Below are positions 39,662 through 52,358 of a stretch of DNA of 64,000 nucleotides, one piece after another. A program made the position numbers and the translations under genes. Location: positions 682,001 to 746,000 of the forward strand of contig OZ218959.1 of assembly GCA_965112735.1 (NCBI GenBank). Direction: 5' to 3'. The notes under the pieces are model-generated. The model did not search any database. It was not told where the DNA came from and worked only from the letters and a program-made list of their open reading frames with translations. Source of the stretch: Phaeosaccion multiseriatum (Eukaryota; Protista; Ochrophyta, other classes). How positions within the stretch are numbered: the first letter of the stretch is position 1; each line of letters begins with the position of its first letter.

Positions 39662-42600
39662 CCTCCTAATCCTCCTCCTCCTCCTCCTCCTCCTCCTCCT
39701 CCTCCTCCTCTCCCTTCGTCTTCTCGTCCTCCTCCTCCTCCTCCTCCTCCTGTTCCTCCTCCTCCTCCTCCTCCTCTCCCTCCTCCTGCTCCTCCTCCTC
39801 TTCCTCCTCCTCCTGCTCTTCCTACACCTCCTCCTCCTCCTCCTCCTCCTCCTCCTCCTTTTCCTCCTCCTCCTGCTCTTCCTCCTCCTCCTCCTCCTCC
39901 TCCTCCTCCTCCTCCTCCTCCTCCTCCTCCTCCCTCCTCCTCCTCCTCCTCCTCCTCCTCCTCCTCCTCCTCCTCCTCCTTCTCCTCCTCCTCCTCTTCC
40001 TGCTCCTCCTCCTCCTCCTCCTCCCCCTCCTCCTCGTCCTCCTTCTTTTCATTCTCCTCCTCCTCCTACTCTTTCCTCTCCTCCTCCTCAAACGGTTCCT
40101 CCTCCTCCCCCTCCTCCTCCTCCACCACCCCCTCCTCCTCCTCCTCCTCCTCTACCCCTCCTCCTCCTCATCCTCCTTGTCCTTCTCCTCCTCCTCCTCC
40201 TCCTCCTCCTCCTTCTCCTCCTCCTCCTCCTCCTCCTCCTCCTCCTCCTCCTCCTCCTCTCCCTTCGTCTTTTCGTCGTCCTCCTCCTCCTCCTCCTCCT
40301 CCTGCTCCTCCTCCTCCTCCTCCTCCTCCTCGTCCTCCTCCTCCTCCTCCTCCTCCTCCTTCTTCTTCTTCTCCTCTTCCTCCTCCTCCTCCTCCTACTC
40401 CTTCTCCTCCTCCTCCTCCTGCTCCTCCTTTTCCTGCTCCTCCCCCTGCTGCTGCTCCTCCTGCGCCCGCTCCTCCTCCTTCTCCTCCTCCTTGTCCTCC
40501 TCCTCCTCCTGCCCTTGTCCTCCTCCTCCTCCTCCTCCTCCTCCTCCTCCTCCTCCTCCTCCTCCTCCCCCTCCTCCCCCTCCTCCTCCTCCTCCTCCTC
40601 TTACTTCGTCTTCTCCTCTTCTTCCTACTCTCACTCCTCCTCCACCTCCTCCTCTCCTTCCTCCACCTCCTCCTCTCCTTCCTCCTGCCCCTCCTCCTCC
40701 TCCCCCTCCTTGTCTCCTCCTCCTCTTCCTCCGCCTCCTCCTCCTCCTCCTCCTCCTCCTCCTCCTCCACCTCCACCTCGTCCTCCTCCTCCACCTCCTC
40801 CTCCGCCTCCTCCTCCTCCACCTACTCCTCCACCTCCTCCTCCTCTTACTCCTCCTCCTCCTCCTCCTCCTCCTCCTCCTCCTCCTCCTCCTCCTCCTCC
40901 TCCTCCTCCTCCTCCTCCGCCTCTTACTTCGTCTTCTCCTCTTCTTCCTACTCTCACTCCTCCTCCACCTCCTCCTCTCCTTCCTCCTGCCCCTCCTACT
41001 CCTCCCCCTTCCTTGTCTCCTCCTCCTCTTCCTCCTCCTCCTCCTCCTCCTCCTCCTCCTCCACCTCCACCTCGTCCTCCTCCTCCACCTCCTCCTCCGC
41101 CTCCTCCTCCTCCCCCTACTCCTCCACCTCCTCTTCCTCCTCCTCCTCCTCCTCCTCCTCCTCCTCCTCCTCCTCCTCCTCCTCCTCCTCCTCCTTCTCC
41201 TCCTCCTCCTCCTCCTCCTCCTCCTTCTCCTCCTCCTCCTGTTTCATCTTCTTCTCCTCCCCATTCTCCCCCTCCCTCTTCTCCCTTACCTCCTCCTCCT
41301 CCTCCTCCTCCTCCTCCTCCTCCTCCTCCAACTCCTCCTCCTCCTCCTCCTCCTCCTTCTCCTCCTCCCCCTCCTCCTCCTCCACCACCCCCTCCTCCTC
41401 CTCCTCTACCCCTCCTCCTCCTCCTCCTCCCCCTCCTCCTCCTCCACCCCCTCCTCCTCCTCCTCCTCTACCCCTCCTCATCCTCCTTGTCCTCCTCCTA
41501 ATCCTCCTCCTCCTCCTCCTCCTCCTCCTCCTCCTCCTCCTCTCCCTTCGTCTTCTCGTCCTCCTCCTCCTCCTCCTCCTCCTCCTGTTCCTCCTCCTCC
41601 TCCTCCTCCTGTTCCTCCTCCTCCTCCTCCTCCTCTCCCTCCTCCTGCTCCTCCTCCTCTTCCTCCTCCTCCTGCTCTTCCTACACCTCCTCCTCCTCCT
41701 CCTCCTTCTCCTCCTTTTCCTCCTCCTCCTGCTCTTCCTCCTCCTCCTCCTCCTCCTCCTCCTCCTCCTCCTCCTCCTCCTCCTCCCCCTCCTCCTCCTC
41801 CTCCTCCTCCTCCTCCTCCTCCTTCTCCTCCTCCTCCTCTTCCTGCTCCTCCTCCTCCTCCTCCTCCCCCTCCTCCTCGTCCTCCTTCTTTTCATTCTCC
41901 TCCTCCTCCTACTCTTTCCTCTCCTCCTCCTCAAACGGTTCCTCCTCCTCCCCCTCCTCCTCCTCCACCACCCCCTCCTCCTCCTCCTCCTCCTCCTACC
42001 CCTCCTCCTCCTCCTCCTTGTCCTTCTCCTCCTCCTCCTCCTCCTCCTCCTCCTTCTCCTCCTCCTCCTCCTCCTCCTCCTCCTCCTCCTCCTCCTCCTC
42101 CTCTCCCTTCGTCTTTTCGTCGTCCTCCTCCTCCTCCTCCTCCTCCTCCTCCTCCTCCTCCTCCTCCTCCTCCTCGTCCTCCTCCTCCTCCTCCTCCTCC
42201 TCCTTCTTCTTCTTCTCCTCTTCCTCCTCCTCCTCCTCCTACTCCTTCTCCTCCTCCTCCTCCTGCTCCTCCTTTTCCTGCTCCTCCCCCTGCTGCTGCT
42301 CCTCCTGCGCCCGCTCCTCCTCGTTCTCCTCCTCCTTGTCCTCCTCCTCCTCCTGCCCTTGTCCTCCTCCTCCTCCTCCTCCTCCTCCTCCTCCTCCTCC
42401 CCCTCCTCCCCCTCCTCCTCCTCCTCCTCCTCCTCTTACTTCGTCTTCTCCTCTTCTTCCTACTCTCACTCCTCCTCCACCTCCTCCTCTCCTTCCTCCA
42501 CCTCCTCCTCTCCTTCCTCCTGCCCCTCCTCCTCCTCCCCCCTCCTTGTCTCCTCCTCCTCTTCCTCCTCCTCCTCCCCTCCTCCTCCTCCTCCTCCTCC

Positions 42601-45600
42601 TCCACCTCCACCTCGTCCTCCTCCTCCACCTCCTCCTCCGCCTCCTCCTCCTCCACCTACTCCTCCACCTCCTCCTCCTCTTACTCCTCCTCCTCCTCCT
42701 CCTCCTCCTCCTCCTCCTCCTCCTCCTCCTCCTCCTCCTCCGCCTCCTACTTCGTCTTCTCCTCTTCTTCCTACTCTCACTCCTCCTCCACCTCCTCATC
42801 TCCTTCCTCCTGCCCCTCCTACTCCTCCCCCTTCCTTGTCTCCTCCTCCTCTTCCTCCTCCTCCTCCCCTCCTCCTCCTCCTCCACCTCCACCTCGTCCT
42901 CCTCCTCCACCTCCTCCTCCGCCTCCTCCTCCTCCCCCTACTCCTGCACCTCCTCTTCCTCCTCCTCCTCCTCCTCCTCCTCCTCCTCCTCCTCCTCCTC
43001 CTCCTCCTCCTCCTCCTTCTCCTCCTCCTCCTCCTCCTCCTCCTCCTTCTCCTCCTCCTCCTGTTTCATCTTCTTCTCCTCCCCATTCTCCTCCTCCTCC
43101 TCCTCCTCCTCCTCGTCCTCCTCCGCCTCCTCCTCCTCCTCCTCCTCCTCCTACTCCTCCACCTCGTCCTCCAACTCCTCTTCCTCCTCCTCCACTTCCT
43201 TCTCCTCCTCCTCCTCTTTCCTCTTCTTCTCCTCCCCCTTCTCCTCCTCCCCCTCCTCCTCCTCTTCCTTCTCCTCCTCCTGCTCCTCCTCCTCCTCCTC
43301 CACCACCTCCTTCTCCTCGTCCTCCTCCTCCTCTCCTTTCATCTTCTCGTCCTCTTCCTCCTCTCCCTCAACCTCCTCCTCATCCTCCTATCCTACTTCT
43401 TTTCCTCCTCCTCGTCCTTCTCCCCCTCCTCCTCCTGATCCTCTCGCTCCTCCTCCACCTCTTCCCCCCCCTCCTCCAGCTCCTCCTCCTCCTCCTTCTC
43501 CTCCTCCTCCTCCTCCTCCTCCTCCTCCTTCTCCCCCTCCTCTTCCTAATCCTCTTCCTCCTCCACCTCCTTCTCCTCGTCCTCCTCTCCCTCCTCCCGC
43601 TTCTCCTCCTCTCCCTCTCCTCCTCCTCCTCCTCCTCCTCCTTCTCCCCCTCCTCTTCCTAATCCTCTTCCTCCTCCACCTCCTCCTCCGCCTCCTCCTC
43701 CTCCCCCTACTCCTCCACCTCCTTTTCCTCCTCCTCCTCCTCCTCCTCCTCCTCCTCCTCCTCCTCCTCCTCCTCCTTCTCTTCCTCCTCCTGTTTCATC
43801 TTCTTCTCCTCCCCATTCTCCCCCTCCCTCTTCTCCCTTACCTCCTCCTCCTCCTCCTCCTCCTCCTCCTCCTCCTCCAACTCCTCCTCCTCCTCCTCCT
43901 CCTCCTTCTCCTCCTCCCCCTCCTCCTCCTCCACCACCCCCTCCTCCTCCTCCTCTACCCCTCCTCCTCCTCCTCCTCCCCCTCCTCCTCCTCCACCCCC
44001 TCCTCCTCCTCCTCCTCTACCCCTCCTCATCCTCCTTGTCCTCCTCCTAATCCTCCTCCTCCTCCTCCTCCTCCTCCTCCTCCTCCTCCTCCTCTCCCTT
44101 CGTCTTCTCGTCCTCCTCCTCCTCCTCCTCCTGTTCCTCCTCCTCCTCCTCCTCCTCTCCCTCCTCCTGCTCCTCCTCCTCTTCCTCCTCCTCCTGCTCT
44201 TCCTACACCTCCTCCTCCTCCTCCTCCTTCTCCTCCTTTTCCTCCTCCTCCTGCTCTTCCTCCTCCTCCTCCTCCTCCTCCTCCTCCTCCTCCTCCTCCT
44301 CCTCCTCCCCCTCCTCCTCCTCCTCCTCCTCCTCCTCCTCCTCCTCCTTCTCCTCCTCCTCCTCTTCCTGCTCCTCCTCCTCCTCCTCCTCCCCCTCCTC
44401 CTCGTCCTCCTTCTTTTCATTCTCCTCCTCCTCCTACTCTTTCCTCTCCTCCTCCTCAAACGGTTCCTCCTCCTCCCCCTCCTCCTCCTCCACCACCCCC
44501 TCCTCCTCCTCCTCCTCCTCTACCCCTCCTCCTCCTCCTCCTTGTCCTTCTCCTCCTCCTCCTCCTCCTCCTCCTCCTCCTCCTCCTCCTCCTCCTCCTC
44601 CTCCTCCTCCTCCTCCTCCTCCTCCTCTCCCTTCGTCTTTTCGTCGTCGTCCTCCTCCTCCTCCTCCTCCTGCTCCTCCTCCTCCTCCTCCTCCTCGTCC
44701 TCCTCCTCCTCCTCCTCCTCCTCCTTCTTCTTCTTCTCCTCTTCCTCCTCCTCCTCCTCCTACTCCTTCTCCTCCTCCTCCTCCTGCTCCTCCTTTTCCT
44801 GCTCCTCCCCCTGCTGCTGCTCCTCCTGCGCCCGCTCCTCCTCGTTCTCCTCCTCCTTGTCCTCCTCCTCCTCCTGCCCTTGTCCTCCTCCTCCTCCTCC
44901 TCCTCCTCCTCCTCCTCCTCCTCCCCCTCCTCCCCCTCCTCCTCCTCCTCCTCCTCCTCTTACTTCGTCTTCTCCTCTTCTTCCTACTCTCACTCCTCCT
45001 CCACCTCCTCCTCTCCTTCCTCCACCTCCTCCTCTCCTTCCTCCTGCCCCTCCTCCTCCTCCCCCCTCCTTGTCTCCTCCTCCTCTTCCTCCGCCTCCTC
45101 CCCTCCTCCTCCTCCTCCTCCTCCTCCACCTCCACCTCGTCCTCCTCCTCCACCTCCTCCTCCGCCTCCTCCTCCTCCACCTACTCCTCCACCTCCTCCT
45201 CCTCTTACTCCTCCTCCTCCTCCTCCTCCTCCTCCTCCTCCTCCTCCTCCTCCTCCTCCTCCTCCTCCTCCGCCTCCTACTTCGTCTTCTCCTCTTCTTC
45301 CTACTCTCACTCCTCCTCCACCTCCTCATCTCCTTCCTCCTGCCCCTCCTACTCCTCCCCCTTCCTTGTCTCCTCCTCCTCCTCCTCCTCCGCCTCCTAC
45401 TTCGTCTTCTCCTCTTCTTCCTACTCTCACTCCTCCTCCACCTCCTCATCTCCTTCCTCCTGCCCCTCCTACTCCTCCCCCTTCCTTGTCTCCTCCTCCT
45501 CTTCCTCCTCCTCCTCCCCCTCCTCCTCCTCCTCCACCTCCACCTCGTCCTCCTCCTCCACCTCCTCCTCCGCCTCCTCCTCCTCCCCCTACTCCTGCAC

Positions 45601-48600
45601 CTCCTCTTCCTCCTCCTCCTCCTCCTCCTCCTCCTCCTCCTCCTCCTCCTCCTCCTCCTCCTCCTCCTCCTCCTCCTCCTCCTCCTCCTCCTCCTCCTCC
45701 TCCTTCTCCTCCTCCTCCTGTTTCATCTTCTTCTCCTCCCCATTCTCCTCCTCCTCCTCCTCCTCCTCCTCGTCCTCCTCCGCCTCCTCCTCCTCCTCCT
45801 CCTCCTCCTCCTCCTCCACCTCGTCCTCCAACTCCTCTTCCTCCTCCTCCACTTCCTTCTCCTCCTCCTCCTCTTTCCTCTTCTTCTCCTCCCCCTTCTC
45901 CTCCTCCCCCTCCTCCTCCTCTTCCTTCTCCTCCTCCTGCTCCTCCTCCTCCTCCTCCACCACCTCCTTCTCCTCGTCCTCCTCCTCCTCTCCTTTCATC
46001 TTCTCGTCCTCTTCCTCCTCTCCCTCAACCTCCTCCTCATCCTCCTATCCTACTTCTTTTCCTCCTCCTCGTCCTTCTCCCCCTCCTCCTCCTGATCCTC
46101 TCGCTCCTCCTCCACCTCTTCCCCCCCCTCCTCCAGCTCCTCCTCCTCCTCCTTCTCCTCCTCCTCCTCCTCCTCCTCCTCCTCCTTCTCCCCCTCCTCT
46201 TCCTAATCCTCTTCCTCCTCCACCTCCTTCTCCTCGTCCTCCTCTCCCTCCTCCCGCTTCTCCTCCTCTCCCTCTCCTCCTCCTCCTCCTCCTCCTCCTT
46301 CTCCCCCTCCTCTTCCTAATCCTCTTCCTCCTCCACCTCCTCCTCCGCCTCCTCCTCCTCCCCCTACTCCTCCACCTCCTTTTCCTCCTCCTCCTCCTCC
46401 TCCTCCTCCTCCTCCTCCTCCTCCTCCTTCTCTTCCTCCTCCTGTTTCATCTTCTTCTCCTCCCCCTTCTCCTCCTCCCTCTTCTCCTTTACCTCCTCCT
46501 CCTCCTCCTCCTCCTCCTCCTCCTCCTCCTCCTCCTCCTCCTCCTCCTTCTCTTCCTCCTCCTGTTTCATCTTCTTCTCCTCCCCCTTCTCCTCCTCCTC
46601 CTCCTCCTCCTCCTCCTCCTCCTTCTCTTCCTCCTCCTGTTTCATCTTCTTCTCCTCCCCCTTCTCCTCCTCCCTCTTCTCCTTTACCTCCTCCTCCTCG
46701 TCCTCCTCCGCCTCCTCCTCCTCCTCCTACTCCTCCACCTCGTCCTCCAACTCCTCTTCCTCCTCCTCCACCTCCTTCTCCTCCTCCTCCTCTTTCTTCT
46801 TCTTCTCCTCCCCCTTCTCCTCCTCTCCCTCCTCCTCCTCTTCCTTCTCCTCCTCCTGCTCCTCCTCCTCCTCCATCACCACCTCCTTCTCCTCGTCCTC
46901 CTCCTCCTCTTCTTTCATCTTCTCGTCCTCTTCCTCCTCTCCCTCAACCTCCTCCTCATCCTCCTATCGTACTTCCTTCTCCTCCTCCTCGTCCTTCTCC
47001 CCCTCCTCCTCCTGATCCTCTCACTCCTCCTCCACCTCTTCCCCCCCTCCTCCTCCTCCTCCTCCTCCTCCTCCTCCTCCTCCTCCTCCTCCTCCTCCTC
47101 CTCCTTCTCCCCCTCCTCTTCCTAATCCTCCTCCTCCTCCACCTCCTTCTCCTCGTCCTCCTCCTCCTCTCCCTTCGGCTTCTCGTCCTCTTCCTCCTCT
47201 CACTGAACCTCCTCCTCATCCTCCTATCCTACTTCTTCTCCTCCTCCTCGTCCTTCTCCCCCTCCTCCTCCTAGTCCTCCTCCTCCTCCTCCTCCTCCTC
47301 CTCTTCCCCCTCCTCCTCCTCCTCCTCCTCCTCCTCCTCCTTCTCCCCCTCCTCCTCCTCCTGCTCCTCCTCCTCCTCCTCCTCCTCCTCCTCCTCTTTC
47401 TCCTCCCCCTCCTCTTCCTCCTCCCGCTCCTCCTCCTCTCCCTCTCCTCACCCACATCCTCCTCTCCTTCCTTCTCCCCCTCCTCTTCCTGCTACTCTCC
47501 CTCCTCCTGTGCCTCCTCCTCCTCCTACTACTACTACTACTACTACTGCTCCTCCTTCTCCTCCTGCTACTCTTCCTCCTCCTGTCCCTCCTCCTCCTCC
47601 TCCCCCTCCTCCTCCTCCTCCTAGTCCTCCTCTTCTTCCTCCTCCTCCTCCTCCTCCTCCTCCTCCTCCTCCTCCTCCTCCTCCTCCTCCTCCTCCTCCT
47701 CCTCCTCCTCCTCCTCCTCCTCCTCCTCCTCCTGCCCTTGTCCTCCTCCTCCTCCTCCTCCTCCTCCTCCTCCTCCTCCTCCTCCTCCTCCTCCTCCTCT
47801 TACTTCGTCTTCTCCTCTTCTTCCTACTCTCACTCCTTCTCCACCTCCTCCTCTCCTTCCTCCTGCCCCTCCTCCTCCTCCCCCTTCCTTGTCTCCTCCT
47901 CCTCTTCCTCCTCCTCCTCCTCCTCCTCCTCCTCCTCCTCCTCCTCCTCCTCCTCCTCCACCTCCCCCTCGGCCTCCTCCTCCCCCTCCTCCTCCGCCTC
48001 CTCCTCCTCCCCCTACTCCTCCACCTCCTCCTCCTCTTACTCCTCCTCCTCCTCCTCCTCCTCCTCCTCCTCCTCCGCCTCCTACTTCGTCTTCTCCTCT
48101 TCTTCCTACTCTCCTCCTCCTCCTCCTCCTCCTCTCCTTCCTCCTCCTCCTCCTCCTGTTCCTCCTCCCCCTTCCTTGTCTCCTCCTCCCATTACTCCTC
48201 CTCCTCCTCCTCCTCCTCCTCCTCCTCCTCCTCCTCCTCCGCCTCCTACTTCGTCTTCTCCTCTTCTTCCTACTCTCCTCCTCCTCCTCCTCCTCCTCCT
48301 CTCCTTCCTCCTGCCCCTCCTCCTCCTCCCCCTTCCTTGTCTCCTCCTCCTCTTCCTCCTCCTCCTTCTCCTCCTCCTCCTCCTCCTCCTCCTCCACCTC
48401 CACCTCGTCCTCCTCCTCTTCCTCCTCCTCCGCCTCCTCCTCCTCCCCCTACTCCTCCACCTCGTCCTCCTCCTCCTCCTCCTCCTCCTCCTCCTCCTCC
48501 TCCTCCTCCTTCTCCTCCTCCTCCTCCTCTTTCAACTTCTTCTCCTCCCCCTTCTCCTCCTCCCTCTTCTCCCTTACCTCCTCCTCCTCGTCCTCCCCCG

Positions 48601-51600
48601 CCTCCTCCTCCTCCTCCTACTCCTCCACCTCGTCCTCCAACTCCTCTTCCTCCTCCTCCACCTCCTTCTCCTCCTCCTCCTCTTTCTTCTTCTTCTCCTC
48701 CCCCTTCTCCTCCTCCCCCACCTCCTCCTCTTCCTTCTCCTCCTCCTGCACCTCCTCCTCCTCCTCCACCACCACCTCCTTCTCCTCGTCCTCCTCCTCC
48801 TCTCCTTTCATCTTCTCGTCCTCTTCCTCCTCACCCTCAACCTCCTGCTCATCCTCCTATCGTACTTCTTCTCCTCCTCCTCGTCCTTCTCCCCCTCCTC
48901 CTCCTGATCCTCTTCCTCCTCCTCCATCTCTTTCCCCCTCCTCCTCCTCCTCCTCCTCCTCCTCCTCCTCCTCCTCCTCCTCCTCCTCCTCCTCCGCCTC
49001 TTACTTCGTCTTCTCCTCTTCTTCCTACTCTCCTCCTCCTCCTACTCCTTCACCTCGTCCTCCAGCTCCTCTTCCTCCTCCTCCACCTCCTTCTCCTCCT
49101 CCTCCTCTTTCTTCTTCTTCTCCTCCCCCTTCTCCTCCTCCCCCTCCTCCTCCTATTCCTTCTCCTCCTCCTGCTCCTCCTCCTCCTCCTCCACCACCAC
49201 CTCCTTCTCCTCGTCCTCCTCCTCCTCCTCTCCTTTCATCTTCTCGTCCTCTTCCTCCTCTCCCTCAACCTCCTGCTCATCCTCCTATCGTACTTCTTCT
49301 CCTCCTCCTCGTCCTTCTCCCCCTCCTCCTCCTGATCCTCTTCCTCCTCCTCCATTTCTTCCCCCCCCCCCTCCTCCTCCTCCTCCTCCTCCTCCTCCTC
49401 CTCCTCCTCCTCCTCCTCCTCCTCCGCCTCTTACTTCGTCTTCTCCTCTTCTTCCTACTCTCACTCCTCCTCCACCTCCTCCTCTCCTTCCTCCTGCACC
49501 TCCTCCTCCTCCTCCTCCTCCTCCTCCTCCTCCTCCTCCTCCTCCTCCTCTTACTTCGTCTTCTCCTCTTCTTCCTACTCTCACTCCTTCTCCACCTCCT
49601 CCTCTCCTTCCTCCTGCCCCTCCTCCTCCTCCCCCTTCCTTGTCTCCTCCTCCTCTTCCTCCTCCTCCTCCTCCTCCTCCTCCTCCTCCTCCTCCTCCTC
49701 CTCCTCCTCCTCCTCCTCCTCCTCCTCCTCCTCCTCGTCCTCCTCCTCCCCCTCCTCCTCCTCCTCCTCCTCCTCCCCCTACTCCTCCACCTCCTCCTCC
49801 TCTTACTCCTCCTCCTCCTCCTCCTCCTCCTCCTCCTCCTCCTCCGCCTCCTACTTCGTCTTCTCCTCTTCTTCCTACTCTCACTCCTCCTCCACCTCCT
49901 CCTCTCCTTCCTCCTCCTCCTCCTCCTGTTCCTCCTCCCCCTTCCTTGTCTCCTCCTCCCATTACTCCTCCTCCTCCTCCTCCTCCTCCTCCTCCTCCTC
50001 CTCCTCCGCCTCCTACTTCGTCTTCTCCTCTTCTTCCTACTCTCACTCCTCCTCCTCCTCCTCCTCCTCCTCCTCCTCCTCCTTTTCCTCCTCCTCCTGC
50101 TCTTCCTCCTCCTCCTCCTCCTCCTCCTCCTCCTCCTCCTCCTCCTCCTCCTCCTCCTCCTCCTCCTCCTCCTCCTCCTCCTCCTCCTCCTCCTCCTTCT
50201 CCTCCTCCTCCTCTTCCTGCTCCTCCTCCTCCTCCTCCTCCCCCTCCTCCTCGTCCTCCTTCTTTTCATTCTCCTCCTCCTCCTACTCTTTCCTCTCCTC
50301 CTCCTCAAACGGTTCCTCCTCCTCCCCCTCCTCCTCCTCCACCACCCCCTCCTCCTCCTCCTCCTCCTCTACCCCTCCTCCTCCTCATCCTCCTTGTCCT
50401 TCTCCTCCTCCTCCTCCTCCTCCTCCTCCTTCTCCTCCTCCTCCTCCTCCTCCTCCTCCTCCTCCTCCTCCTCTCCCTTCGTCTTTTCGTCCTCCTCCTC
50501 CTCCTCCTCCTCCTCCTCCTGCTCCTCCTCCTCCTCCTCCTCCTCCTCGTCCTCCTCCTCCTCCTCCTCCTCCTCCTTCTTCTTCTTCTCCTCTTCCTCC
50601 TCCTCCTCCTCCTACTCCTTCTCCTCCTCCTCCTCCTGCTCCTCCTTTTCCTGCTCCTCCCCCTGCTGCTGCTCCTCCTGCGCCCGCTCCTCCTCCTTCT
50701 CCTCCTCCTTGTCCTCCTCCTCCTCCTGCCCTTGTCCTCCTCCTCCTCCTCCTCCTCCTCCTCCTCCTCCTCCTCCTCCTCCTCCTCCTCCTCCTCCTCC
50801 TCCTCCTCCTCCTCCTCTTACTTCGTCTTCTCCTCTTCTTCCTACTCTCACTCCTCCTCCACCTCCTCCTCTCCTTCCTCCACCTCCTCCTCTCCTTCCT
50901 CCTGCCCCTCCTCCTCCTCCCCCCTCCTTGTCTCCTCCTCCTCTTCCTCCGCCTCCTCCCCTCCTCCTCCTCCTCCTCCTCCTCCACCTCCACCTCGTCC
51001 TCCTCCTCCACCTCCTCCTCCGCCTCCTCCTCCTCCACCTACTCCTCCACCTCCTCCTCCTCTTACTCCTCCTCGTCCTCCTCCTCCTCCTCCTCCTCCT
51101 CCTCCTCCTCCTCCTCCTCCTCCTCCTCCTCCTCCTCCTCTTACTTCGTCTTCTCCTCTTCTTCCTACTCTCACTCCTCCTCCACCTCCTCCTCTCCTTC
51201 CTCCTGCCCCTCCTACTCCTCCCCCTTCCTTGTCTCCTCCTCCTCTTCCTCCTCCTCCTCCTCCTCCTCCTCCTCCTCCACCTCCACCTCGTCCTCCTCC
51301 TCCACCTCCTCCTCCGCCTCCTCCTCCTCCCCCTACTCCTCCACCTCCTCTTCCTCCTCCTCCTCCTCCTCCTCCTCCTCCTCCTCCTCCTCCTCCTCCT
51401 CCTCCTCCTTCTCCTCCTCCTCCTCCTCCTCCTCCTCCTTCTCCTCCTCCTCCTGTTTCATCTTCTTCTCCTCCCCATTCTCCCCCTCCCTCTTCTCCCT
51501 TACCTCCTCCTCCTCCTCCTCCTCCTCCTCCTCCTCCTCCTCCAACTCCTCCTCCTCCTCCTCCTCCTCCTTCTCCTCCTCCCCCTCCTCCTCCTCCACC

Positions 51601-52258
51601 TCCTCCTCCTCCTCCTCCTCTACCCTCCCTCCTCCTCCTCCTCCCCCTCCTCCTCCTCCACCCCCTCCTCCTCCTCCTCCTCTACCCCTCCTCATCCTCC
51701 TTGTCCTCCTCCTAATCCTCCTCCTCCTCCTCCTCCTCCTCCTCCTCCTCCTCCTCCTCCTCTCCCTTCGTCTTCTCGTCCTCCTCCTCCTCCTCCTCCT
51801 GTTCCTCCTCCTCCTCCTCCTCCTCTCCCTCCTCCTGCTCCTCCTCCTCTTCCTCCTCCTCCTGCTCTTCCTCCTCCTCCTCCTCCTCCTCCTTCTCCTC
51901 CTTTTCCTCCTCCTCCTGCTCTTCCTCCTCCTCCTCCTCCTCCTCCTCCTCCTCCTCCTCCTCCTCCTCCTCCTCCTCCTCCTCCTCCTCCTCCTCCTCC
52001 TCCTCCTCCTCCTCCTCCTCCTCCTCCTCCTCCTCCTCCTCCTCCTCCTCCTCGCTCCTCTTTTCTCCTCCTCCTCCTCCTTTCCCTCCTCCTCCTCAAA
52101 CGTCCTCCTTCTTTTCACCACCCCCTTCTCCTCCTCCTCCTACTCTTTCCTCTCCTCCTCCTCAAACGGTTCCTCCTCCTCCCCCTCCTCCTCCTCCTCC
52201 TCCTCCTCCTCCTCCTCCTCCTCCCTCCTACCTTTCCGTCCTCCTCCTCCTCCTCCTT

Positions 52259-52358
52259 NNNNNNNNNNNNNNNNNNNNNNNNNNNNNNNNNNNNNNNNNN
52301 NNNNNNNNNNNNNNNNNNNNNNNNNNNNNNNNNNNNNNNNNNNNNNNNNNNNNNNNNN
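52259..52358. other. Assembly gap (100 N)
   Basis: Run of exactly 100 N; true size unknown. Confidence 1.
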